DNA of 64,000 nt from Eledone cirrhosa (Eukaryota), in contig OZ024742.1 of assembly GCA_964016885.1 (NCBI GenBank), positions 149,234,001-149,298,000 of the forward strand, given 5' to 3'. Numbering within the stretch: position 1 is the first letter of the stretch; each line of letters opens with the position of its first letter. The translations under genes were made by a program, and so were the position numbers. The notes under the pieces were generated by a model, which was not told the origin of the DNA, searched no databases, and saw nothing but the letters and a program-made list of their open reading frames with translations. Positions 52,911-64,000 of the stretch are shown here, piece by piece.

Positions 52911-54569
52911 TCCCGCCTAGTGGGATTCAGTCTATTAACATATTATGACAGCCGGGGCCTTGTGAGTATCCCCACTCCTCAAAAGTTCTTGGCTTTCAGT
53001 TTTAACACTTCATACCTATCCCGTAAGGATTTAAAAAACTTTTGTAGATCAAACACTCTATTTAGGTCTACTTCAAATCATTGAAAATCTTTGTTTGTGC
53101 TGTTGAAGTGTACACAAATTAAATTCCAGATCTTGACCTTCAGAAGAATTTCCAGACAGTCCACCAAAGTATGTGCTTCAGATCTTGCTTCAAGTGTTTG
53201 TTACAAGTCACTTTTAATATCTTAGAGTATATTTTAAATGTAGTTCCACCCATCTACGTGGGCTTATGTCCTTGCTGACCATATACTTCTTTGAAATATA
53301 CTTCACAATTATTGCTATTTTCATACCTTCATACACATCAAAATATATACCCCTACAGATAGTCCCATATGTATGCTACAAGACGTTTTCTGTGACAGGG
53401 CTAATTGTAGGAATATAGGTTCCCTGAAAATGTATCTCTCCTGAAATGCGCATATACACAATTACATGCATACAAATATACACCCATACAGGGTAGCGTT
53501 TAGCAGTTTATCATTGCATATAAGTTTATATTCGGATTCATGATAATGCAAAATATAGTTGATTGTGCACCCTTGCCTATTTGATTAGGGTCAGTTTAAT
53601 GTGCTGAATGATCACGCAGGTTAGACGGAAGAGTATTTTTTCTGATGGGTGGTAGTATGAGATTATAGGAGATGGGTGACCTACACGCTGAAAAAATATG
53701 CAAACGATCAACCGTTAACTAAAATATATTGGAACTGTATTCGCTAGGCAACTGCGTCTGTATATAGAATCATCTCTTACTGAGATATCCATGGTTTGAA
53801 ATCTACTGAAGGTGCTACATATAAAAGTACCCACGTGGGCCTTCCTATATTGAGAAGGACATGCAGCATATATATATATATATATATACAGACACACATA
53901 TACACTAGCGCTCAAGTACATACCTACACTAACAAATTCATTCCCTTATACAAAGGGTGCAGGTACACGTCCTAAGGTAAACTCATATATGCACACCCCA
54001 CCTAATCAGCTCTAAAATGAAAAGATACAGTCAATACTAAAATCAGAAAATGAAAGCGTAAGATTATGGAGACCATGTGTACATCCATGTATATTCCTTC
54101 TCCGAGTAGAAGGAATATGCATGGATGGCTACATATCTACGCCTATATGTAGACATGGATTATGCGAAATATTTTTTAAACATTTTAAAAAATTGGATGC
54201 ACATCTTCTTCGAAACGCTTGTAAGAGAATAAATATAGTTTTTGAATGAAAGAAGTCAATTTTTCCATTAATACTCAGTTGTAAATATTTACAGTATATT
54301 AAAAGTAAGCATTGGAAGCAAAAAAATATATATTAAAATAAAAAAAAAATAATTTCACCTACAAATTCGTGCTTATACCACGGTTTCATTTAGGCAAAGA
54401 AATAAATATTAATTAAGAATAATTAATCAATAAATTGAGACGCTGTAAACTCATCAGTAAACAATGTCTTAAAACATACCTTATGGCTTTTATAAGAACA
54501 TTCAAATGAAATACCTTGTGTTGTTACATGTCTAGACAGCAAAAATCGTCTCAGCAAATAGACATACTA

Positions 54570-54599
54570 CTAGCTGACGTACCCAGCTTCGTCCGGGTA
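54570..54599 (-). terminator. Helitron 3' hairpin plus CTAG terminus (copy 2)
   Basis: Minus strand reads TACCCGGACGAAGCTGGGTA-CGTCAG-CTAG followed by T. Confidence 0.9.
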
Positions 54600-55684
54600 A
54601 ACAGATGATAAGAGAAGACAGGTAAAAGAGAAAATGACTGTATTGGATGTTTGTCTGGTTACAGTATGAGGCGAGTCCGTGGTGTCTGTGATACAGAAAA
54701 CAGTAAAACAATTTTTCCAGATATACCAAATTCTTCGTTGTACCGTTTGTGCATAGTATATGAACAATTCTAAGCGCTCCCACCTAGAATAGTGACCTCT
54801 AGGAGATGGTTCATCTTCTGCCTGACTGTAAAACGTGTATCATTGCATAGACGTGGTTGTTCCACGTTTCTCAACAGAATGATGGAAGTTCCAATCTTTT
54901 ATATTATATGTAGATATAGATATAGATAATTAATATAAAAGATGATGCTCAGCCAGTTCGTCTTCAACCATCGCAGCACGCCGTCGCTGCTTGGCTCCAG
55001 TGTTTCGTTGGCGTTGTTCAGCCAGCTCCTCCTCATTCATGGCGGCACGTCTTCACCTCTGAAGTTCGGCGTTCCGATGGCGCTGTTCGGCCCGTTTTTC
55101 TTCATTCCTGGTTGCACGCCGTCGCCGCTGTAGTTCACTGTTTGATAAAGTCGAATTGCTTCTATTATCAGTATTCATTTCGAGCAATTGTCAAAAAATG
55201 ACACAATAATAAATATAAAAGATGTCCGTCAATGTAAAAAAAAGGTCCCTATTTACTCCCTTCACAACTCTGTGTATGTTAGACTGACATACAGGCACAC
55301 AGACAGATAAACTGCGTGGCGATTGTGGAACGCCCCACGTACACACACATACACGCATGGAAACGCGCACACGCACCCGTGCACTTACATACACGCACAC
55401 ACTCACACATGTTGATAGTTATTACTTTCTGTGGAACGCTGCACGCACGCACACACGCATAAACATACGCGCATGTACATACACACGCACACATGGTAAT
55501 AGTTACAGCGTTCACTTTTCCTCTCTGTTTCTTACTCTCCCCTCTCACTCCCTCATTGGCATTATGCATATTAATTTCAGTTTGGCGTCGTTGAGGTGGG
55601 CGGAGTCGTTTGAAACCTATGAACCAATGATAATCGAGAATTATGACACACGGAATACTGACATTGTTGAAATTAATATATAGA
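54570..55684 (-). mobile_element. Internally deleted non-autonomous Helitron derivative
   Basis: 55684-54945 matches 61581-60855 and 54944-54570 matches 56055-55685. It starts TCTATATATTAATTTC and ends with hairpin plus CTAG^T. Confidence 0.92.
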
Positions 55685-55714
55685 CTAGCTGACGTACCCA
55701 GCTTAGCCCGGGTA
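55685..55714 (-). terminator. Helitron 3' hairpin plus CTAG terminus (copy 1)
   Basis: Minus strand reads TACCCGGGCTAAGCTGGGTA-CGTCAG-CTAG, followed directly by the TC of copy 2. Confidence 0.9.
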
Positions 55715-56576
55715 AAGAGATGATACGAAAAGACTGGTAAAAGAGAAAATGACTGTATTGGATGTTTGTCTGGTTACAGTTTGAGGCGAGTCCGTGGTGT
55801 CTGTGTGATACCAAAAAGAGTAACAAAAATCTTACAGATATACCAGATTTTTCGTTGTACCGTTTGTGCATAGTATATGAACAATTCTAGGTGCTCCCAC
55901 CTAGAATAGTGACCTCTAGGAGATGGTTCATCTTCTGCCTGACTGTAAAACGTGTATCATTGCATAGACGTGGTTGTTCCACGTTTCTCAAAAGGATGAT
56001 GGAAGTTCCAATCTTTTATATTATATGTAGATATAGATAATTAATATAAAAGATGTCCGTCAATGTAAAAATGGTCCCTATTTACTTGAAATGGTTTATA
56101 CAAATGCCAAATTAATATGGATATGGATAACATGCTTATCTATAAGTGGTCAGCTATAATAATAAGACAACAAATTATATGACACAAACATTTATTCAGT
56201 AATTTCCAGGCTCTTAGCCACTGAGTAATAGACAGTCAATATTGCCCAGAGTTCAACTCGGGGAGGTGGTCTGGTTTGAACTCCAAATGGCGGATCCTTC
56301 TACTTCGAAAATAGAATCGTTTTTCAATATTACTCTATCCCTGGCCGGCCATAGGCACCAAACTTTTTGCCAGACTCAGCATATGATGAAGTTTTATTAC
56401 CACCGCTATCAGAAGGCAATTTCAACCCATACTTGTTGGGTTTTATTGCTCATTATCGACAATAAATGACATTGAACAGAAATGATAACTCTGTCAAAGC
56501 TCACAATACTGATCAAAGGACACCAATGTCTGAATCATTTACGTCGAATATTGATAGCATTAAAGATATGCATACA

Positions 56577-59246
56577 TCAGCTAAAAGCTTCATTATAGAC
56601 AATATTCAGGTTTGTTCCTCTGTTAGTGGTATCAATTGCAAATTTTATACCATCAGGATCGCACACTCGAGATGCAGCAACATACAGTTGCCCATGGCTG
56701 AATGCTGGATCATTCAAGTAGACACCGAAAGTTTGTCCCTGTCGCTTGAAAGTCTGTCCCTGTGCCTTGTTGATAGTCATGGAGAAGGTCAAATTGACGG
56801 GAAACTGTCTCCTTTGCCAAATGAATGGCAGCAGATCTTCACTTGGTCTCAGCATGATCTTCGGAATGAGAACCGATTCCTCTCTGCCTGGGAGTTTAGC
56901 TTCTAAAACTCTTCCGTTAATCAATCTTTCAACAATCAATCTGGTACAAATGCCAAGACCCATTTTATGATTGATATTTCTAAGCAATATAATCGGCATA
57001 CCCTTTTTCAACCTCAAAATATGTGGGGGAAATCCGGGTATTTGAAATGAATTCAGATACTCAGTCGGAACATCCATATTGTTCTGCTGATTAGGCTCCA
57101 TTGTATCCGCACTGACGGTCAACCATTCCTCTCCAGGAAACATTCCGGCTACTTGTGAATTTATTTCATCGACCGTTGCATTCGTATGAGTTAGAATAAC
57201 GCGTTCCGATATCCAGGAGATATTCTGCCAAAAAGCATTCAAATTAGGGAACACCCAGTCAATCAATGCTTGGCGGTCCAGTGGCATGACCAAATGGTCT
57301 AGGATTCTTACAGTGTGATTATCACCAACGTGTGGAAATTCATCGTTTCCCAACTGCATCAACCATCGGCCGTATGTCTCAGCCTCTTCGTTTTGCCCGA
57401 ACATACGAAGTCGCATATTATCGTATAATCGCAAAACTCTGAAATGGCGCCACAACGGGGTCTTTTTCAGACATGCATCGACAATTTGCGCTCTTTGAGC
57501 ATTCCTAACAATTGGTAGCACCTGTCTGAAATCGCCACCAAGAACGATAGTCTTACCACCGAATGGCAGGTCACAGTTCTGTCCAATGCCCCCCAGCAAA
57601 TATCTGTGTGCCATTGGAGCCTCGTCCCAAATAATCAGAGACGTATTGCGTATAAGGCCCGCGAGTTCACTTTGTCCTGTAATGTTACAGACACTAAACT
57701 CATCCGGAGCCAATGGAACCTTGAAGCATGAGTGAAAGGTCCTTCCACCACTCAGCAAAGTGGCAGCGATCCCACTGGTGGCCACAGGGAGAGCAATCTT
57801 CCTCTGAGCTCTGACTGCCGATAACATAGTGTTGAAATAGAATGTCTTTCCGGTGCCTCCTGGAGCATCTATGAAAGCACAAAGTTGCTCATTAGTGGAA
57901 ATCGAGTGGAGAACGCCATCGACCAATTCTCTCTGAGATTGGGTCAACATTGGCATACATTCATCCACAATACGTTGCTGTTCCAGTGGATCAAACTGGA
58001 ATAGTTCCCTCCGATCGAGTGGCAACTGTCTAAGCTGCAATCTCATGTTCAATGCTAAGACACGTTGCCGCATTTCTTCATCAAGAATTGGCAAATTGAA
58101 ATCTCTTAAACATTTCAAATGAACTTCAAGCAGTTGCTCAATATTGAGCAAAACAATAGCCTTCATCAAATTTTCATCATCGACCTGAAGATGATGTCTA
58201 AAATCATCAGTCATAATTCCCCAATGGCGTTCAAATAACTCTCTTGGATCGGCAGGATTGCAGAATCCTAGAATCGTGACAAACAACTGCCTTATTTGAG
58301 CTGGCATCTGTGTTGTTCCTGCAGCTTCTATGGCGTTATTCCATTCAGCATCATCCTGAAGGAGTCCCAGATGTTGACACACAGCCTGGTATGTTTCATA
58401 TTCCACACCATTGATTGTTTTCAAATCAGCGAAGCTCTGTTTACCTCTCGAAAAATCACTATACAACAGAATTCGGAGATAAAACACATCACCAGATGCT
58501 GGATGGACATTACAAACCCGTCCAATAGTCATGAATCTCAACTTTTGTTTTCTATCATTCCATTTCTTTCCCTTCTTATCCCACGTATAGTGCGAAGGGA
58601 AATCGCAGTAGAGTTGCCTTTGATCCGGGTTCAAAGCATGTTCCCTATTATGCTTGAACCACTCAGTCAATTCCGTCTTAGGAGGTGGTGCGTTAGCAAT
58701 TCTTTCGACACCTCTTCTAGTGTCCTGAAAACTGACCATTTGCCTATTCTCTAAGTAAACCGTCAGTTTCTGAACGCTGGGTTTGCGTTCATTGAGATCA
58801 AAATCGAACAATCTCCAGCAAGCTTCGCTAGATCCAATCGAGCGAACATCCTGGAACCTGCCAACTTCATCTCCTTGGTTCGCTTCCTCATTCCTGACAT
58901 TGATCATTGCCCGATCATGACCTTTGTAAACATATTTGAATAGATATATGCAAGCTTTCACCGAGCTACAAATTTCCACATTAATATGACAACGATATTT
59001 CATAATCAAATATGGATTGTATGGCACAACCCATTGATTTGTAACCTGTCGACCGTTTACATTTTCGACCAAACCGCCATCGGCAGGCGACCGTCTTCTG
59101 TATGAGGGATGAGCATCCCCATCGTTCCAGGAAGTGTTCGTGACAAAAGATTTCGGAAAGTGCTTACTGCATTGGCCATTTTTCATGCAAGGCGCTTTCC
59201 GATTTTCCACTCCGCATTGGTTGTGCACCATTGACTTTGCCACCAA
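56577..59246 (-). pseudogene. Helitron Rep Y2 motif plus PIF1-family helicase segment
   Basis: VVPYNPYL, HINVE, catalytic YLFKYVYKG, Walker A DAPGGTGKT, Walker B WDEAPM, GDFRQVLP, MTINKAQGQT and FSHGQLYVAASR. Confidence 0.96.
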
Positions 59247-59249
59247 GTT

Positions 59250-60163
59250 GCGTATGCCTCATTCTCCGGCAGTTCAGCACACACAATGCTGTCGATATCC
59301 TCAGCACATCTCAATTTGCAATCTCTATGTAAAATGATCCACAAATGTGCATGTGGCAATCCTCTTTTTTGGAATTCAATTACGTATGTGAAAGCAACTA
59401 TACCTCCAAAGATTCCCTCTTTTTCCACATCATCCATTATCTTTTTCAGATATCCTTTGAATACTCTTGCCACAATATCAGGACGGTCCTTTGGCTGTTG
59501 TCCTGGAAAAAGTGCATCCCTAATATCAGTCCATTCAGGATTGCATGTAACCGTTATAAACAAATCTGGCTTTCCAAACTTTCTGACAATAGCCATTGCA
59601 TCCTGATAGCGAATGTCCATATATCTCGGGCCGCCGATGAACGACGATGGCAAAATGATGCGTCGACCAATTTGCTTGTAATTGGCATCATCGGCTGTTA
59701 TCGCATCCTGTATATTATTATACAATTCAGCTCTGATATGTTGCTGATGTGTAGCTATATAATTTAGCCTTTGATTTTCGATCTTTGCGAATGCCATACA
59801 ACAATATTCCTGGAACAATCTGCTGGCTTGAAATAGCGCATTTCTCTGTTGATTCCTCTCGTTCAAATGGAACGCGTAAAAGTCGCGAATCGAATTATTG
59901 TGTCTATTGCCACCTCCCTGTTGATGCTGATTCTCATCATCATCTAAATGAACAGACATGTTCCATCCATTTTCATCTTTCGGGAATAAAAGAACATAAT
60001 GCAATGGATCGTATGCTCTATTTGACTTATTGATAGTCTTGAGACCACCATCTCTGCGATTGAGGACGATATCTCTCGATCCAGGCTTATCGTCCATCAA
60101 CACAGCAACTTCACGAAATCCTTCAGGGGCATTATATCGCCGTTCGTGTTGATTCCTTGGCAT
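59250..60163 (-). pseudogene. Helitron Rep domain segment (HUH nuclease motifs 1-2)
   Basis: YDPLHYVLLFP, LPSSFIGGPRYM, YQDAMAIVRKFGKPDLFITVTCNPEW and HUH motif VIEFQKRGLPHAH. A -1 frameshift near 59253 leads into the helicase segment. Confidence 0.95.
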
Positions 60164-60167
60164 TGCG

Positions 60168-61100
60168 TCAAGTCTTAATCACCAATGTTTGCTGCTGAAC
60201 ATTTTGCAGTTCAGCCACCAACATGAAATCCATAACATAAGGATTACACTGTCTAAGCCATGATTGCAAATCACGGATCAAATCACTTAACCTTTGCCGT
60301 TCAAGTTCAGTTATATTTCCCGGCAACTTCATCCAACCGATCTTGAAATCCTCCTCCGATTCACTATAATCTGGATTGTTAACATAAATTTGAGCGAATC
60401 GAGGCCTCTCTCCTTCTAAATTACCGATACAATGATACAAACGGCCTTGAATGACTACATTCGGTTGCCATGCTCCACTCTCAAACATCTCACTAACTCT
60501 CTGCGATGCTAAAGCTAATGAATTGTTAATTTTCCGCGAATATTTGCGCAGTAATCTACCTCGGTCTCCTTGATCACCCCACATACTTAGTATTTTAAAC
60601 CCCGGTGACTCCTTATCATCCGGCATTCGCAAGGGTTCCAGTTGAACTGCTCCTTTATGACAGCACATTGTGGTCCACGTCTTTTCGTGCCTCCAAAGCA
60701 ATGCTCCACAATGTGGACACTCTGCTCGACCACCAATCTGAAAATGACACGGTTGCCATGATCCATTTTTAATATCATTCGTTCGCCTTCTAGCCTCTTT
60801 ACTGGAATGAGGAGCACTTTGGCGACACATTCTCTGAACTTCTGTATTGCGCTGGTGCTGTTCAGCCAGCTCCTCTTCATCCATCGCAGCACGCCGTAGC
60901 TGCTTGGCTCCAGTGTTTCGTTGGCGTTGTTCAGCCAGCTCCTCTTCATTCATGGCGGCACGTCTTCGCCTCTGAAGTTCGGCGTTCCGATGGCGCTGTT
61001 CGGCCCGTTTTTCATCATTGCTGGCTGCACGCCGTCGCCGCTGTAGTTCACTGTTTGATAAAGTCGAATTGGTTTTATTATCAGTATTCATTTCGAGCAA
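60168..61100 (-). pseudogene. Helitron RepHel N-terminal segment (23-aa repeats, zinc finger)
   Basis: Three to four 23-aa repeats (NxExQRRRRAAMxEEELAEQRQR), then CPHCGALLW..CCHKG, INNSLALAS, IQGRLYHCIG, FAQIY and NPYV, all typical of Helitron N-termini. A +1 frameshift near 60175 leads into the next segment (IRLDAMPRN). Confidence 0.88.
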
Positions 61101-61586
61101 TTGTCAAAAAATGACACAATAATAAATATAAAAGATATCCGTCAATGTAAAGAAAGGTCCCTATTTTCTCCCTTCACAACTCTGTGTATGTTAGACTCAC
61201 AGACAGGCACACAGACAGATAAACTGCGTGGCGATTGTGGAATGCCCCACGTAAACACACATACACGCATGGAAACGCGCACACACACGCAAACTTACAC
61301 ACGCACACACTCACACATGTTGATAGTTTTTACTTTCTGTGGAACGCTGCACGCACGCACACAGACATAAACATACGCGCACGTACATACACACGCACAC
61401 ATGTTAATAGTTATTGAACACAGCGTTCACACTCTCCCCTTTCACTCCCTCATTGGCACTATGCATATTAATTTCAGTTTGGCGTCGTTGAGGTGGGCGG
61501 AGTCGTTTGAAACCTATGGACCAATGATAATCGAGAATTATGACACACGGAATACTGACGTTCTTGAAATTAATAAATAGATATAT

Positions 61587-61630
<44 letters not shown>

Positions 61631-61665
61631 AGTAAGTATGTTTTGAAACAGTGAGCAGGTTTGAA

Positions 61666-61870
61666 ATTAGAAAATAGAATAGCTTTCACCGTATTTTTGA
61701 CTAAAGGAATTTTAGCCTGATAATGGGGTTTAGAACCCTCAGATAAATGGAAAAAGATGAGTATTGACGTACATGTACGTCAATACTCATCTTTTTCCAT
61801 TTATCTGAGGGTTCTAAACCCAATTATCAGGCTAAAATTCCTTTAGTAAAAAATACGGTGAAAGCTATTC

Positions 61871-61881
<11 letters not shown>
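61666..61881. repeat. Near-perfect 216 bp palindrome between (TA)n tracts
   Basis: Centre GACGTACA|TGTACGTC at 61773/61774; two mismatches. Confidence 0.95.
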
Positions 61882-61921
<40 letters not shown>

Positions 61922-62471
61922 TTTACGAAAGTAACCGAATTTATTTCCGTGATTTCCGGCCATGACTCATTCACTCAATGAAACAATAAGTTTGCGATTG
62001 TGAAACTGCATCTTAAAGTTCAGAGTGCATACATTATAATTAGTCAGTGTGTACTATGTCAGTGAATATACCTCAGTATATTCCAACAGTTATTGAAACT
62101 GTAATATACAGAGAATTGCGTAATATCAGCAGATATTAGGGAATCGGGATATTGTATTTCATCAACTATGTGTCCCAAACTTGACACCTAGGTCTTAAAT
62201 TGAACACAGATGCATATGCTCCCAGCTTCCCGGATCTAGCAGTTTTATGCCGGCATGCAACCTAAAGTCATCAAAACACATACGGGGTACCCAGCTGGGA
62301 ATCTATGTTTATATATATATATAATAATAAGTTGATGGACCCAGCATAGGTATCAATGCTAGGACCGGTTGCATCTCAGTGTACTCAATAGGTAATGTAA
62401 AATACACTCCCAGAGTATACACATAGTTATTCACTTCAATACAACACACGTAAACAGGTACCTATATAGTT

Positions 62472-62582
62472 CCCGAACTCGAGTTTCTGCCACACTTAAT
62501 GCAGCAGTATGGTGCACTGCACTCTCTGTCTGCATATATTATGTAACAATGTATAATCGGCGCATCTGGCTTCATCAGCGGG
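62472..62582 (-). ncRNA. Type-I hammerhead ribozyme with long stem II insert
   Basis: Minus strand: CCCG-CTGATGA-A-GCCA..(~75 nt)..TGGC-A-GAAAC TCGA GTT-CGGG. Helix III is the palindrome ACTCGAGT. Confidence 0.72.
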
Positions 62583-62595
62583 TTTCGCCGAATCA

Positions 62596-62664
<69 letters not shown>

Positions 62665-62689
62665 AATTCGATCTCGCTGAAATTATATT

Positions 62690-62724
<35 letters not shown>

Positions 62725-62998
62725 GAAAACGAAAAATAAGTGATGCATCGGAACTCAATTTATGGTGTGTTGCAATTGTTTCCCGGCGAACAGCTCGAAG
62801 TGCGACCTGTGTGTGGATCGACCTGACTCTGGAACTCAGGTCGATCCACACACAGATCGCAGATCCACTGATCTGCTAATATGCAGATCTGACTGATCAT
62901 ACAGTCTGCTAATATGCAAATCAGGCCGATCAGTCACTGTGTAGTTTTGAAAATAGCATATATTTTCACTACCTCTGACAGTTTGGCAGGTGAACAGT

Positions 62999-63048
62999 GA
63001 GCTGTACTGATGAAGTGTGATACACAGAAACATTAGTGTCTGCAGTTC
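62999..63048 (+). ncRNA. Minimal type-I hammerhead ribozyme
   Basis: GAGCTGTA-CTGATGA-A-GTGT gat ACAC-A-GAAAC ATTAGT GTC-TGCAGTTC: 8-bp stem I (with GU pairs), intact core, stems II and III, GUC cleavage triplet. Confidence 0.85.
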
Positions 63049-63177
63049 TGTTCGCATGCCAACACAAGAGCAATAATGAAGGGTTCATGCTTCTGCCATG
63101 GCTATAAAATTGAGGCTTGTGTGTATAATTGCAAACGAATCGAATGTTATTATTAATATTCGAAAAACTCAGATTAC

Positions 63178-63224
<47 letters not shown>

Positions 63225-63319
63225 AACGAGTACTCGTTCCTATTACCCACTCTACTACCCTAAATATTGAGTACTTTGGTGCGTTATAGTCCATCTGGTT
63301 CCTTACCACATTTCCTTCG

Positions 63320-63375
<56 letters not shown>

Positions 63376-64000
63376 TGTATAATAAACAATACAATATAAT
63401 TACCTCATTACCAGAGGTTTCCCGAATAAGATGAATACGAAAAATGTCCTCATTAGTTCATCGGACAATGCAATTTAAGACATAGTGAAATGTTTGAAAA
63501 TTCTCCTCAAGAAAGGCAAGAGTTTAACGGGCAAAAAAATATATAAATAAAAGTAATGCAAGAGATATATAAAAAAATAAGGAAATATAGTTAGGGTATG
63601 TGTATATGTATGTATATACACTCACAAATGTACATATGTGTGTATGTACAAATGCATGTGTATGGTGAAAATGTGTGCGTAAGTACATATATGAGGGCAA
63701 GTATATTTGTGTATGTGTGACCACAAATACGTATATAATATGGGTTGAAAAAGAAATTGTAAGATAATATAGTTAACACACATCCAGATACAGGTATTAA
63801 ATATATACACATACGAGTATGAAAGCACGCGTATAAACATAGGTACGCACGTACACACATATATGCCTTTTTCAATTTTCAACGGAAACTTCAATACTTA
63901 TATATATATATATATATACACTAAACTGTTTGCTGTCGCTTAAGTGGAGAAGTTTTGCTGAATCTTTGTGACACTAGTACTGGATACATTGTGAAAAATC

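Larger units (their letters stand above)
55685..61581 (-). mobile_element. Autonomous-type Helitron (rolling-circle transposon), degenerate
   Basis: Minus strand begins A^TCTATTTATTAATTTC at 61581. It ends with hairpin TACCCGGGCTAAGCTGGGTA followed by CGTCAG-CTAG at 55685. It contains the Rep-Helicase ORF segments. Confidence 0.93.

Noticed and set aside
54440-54460. CTGATGAG on the minus strand as a hammerhead
   Set aside because: No GAAA half or stems at suitable spacing.
54570-61581. Helentron/Helitron2 classification or captured host gene
   Set aside because: Termini are canonical TC/CTAG in an AT site, with no subterminal inverted repeats, no endonuclease domain and no recognisable captured exon.

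Overview
AT-rich eukaryotic genomic DNA dense in microsatellites and transposable elements; the SINE families and microsatellite load suggest an octopus or other cephalopod (inference). I could not support any host protein-coding gene, and most ORFs in the track are simple-repeat artefacts. Main contents: (1) A minus-strand Helitron (61581 to 55685) with a frameshifted Rep-Helicase. It is joined head-to-tail (CTAG|TC) to an internally deleted copy (55684 to 54570), and both copies end in the same ~350 bp mini-Helitron-like module. (2) Short, unrelated inserts embedded in (TA)n tracts, which repeatedly form snap-back palindromes and carry minimal type-I hammerhead ribozyme motifs (three look intact), plus a decayed Penelope-like RT/GIY-YIG element. 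(3) A young ~400-600 bp element inserted repeatedly, often in tandem, into (ATGT)n. (4) A ~7 kb TRTGGTG satellite and a 1.6 kb minisatellite apparently born from Penelope coding sequence. (5) Fragments of L1/Tx1, CR1, RTE, R4-like and CRE-like LINEs, tRNA-derived SINEs and several MITEs. Boundaries of decayed elements are approximate.
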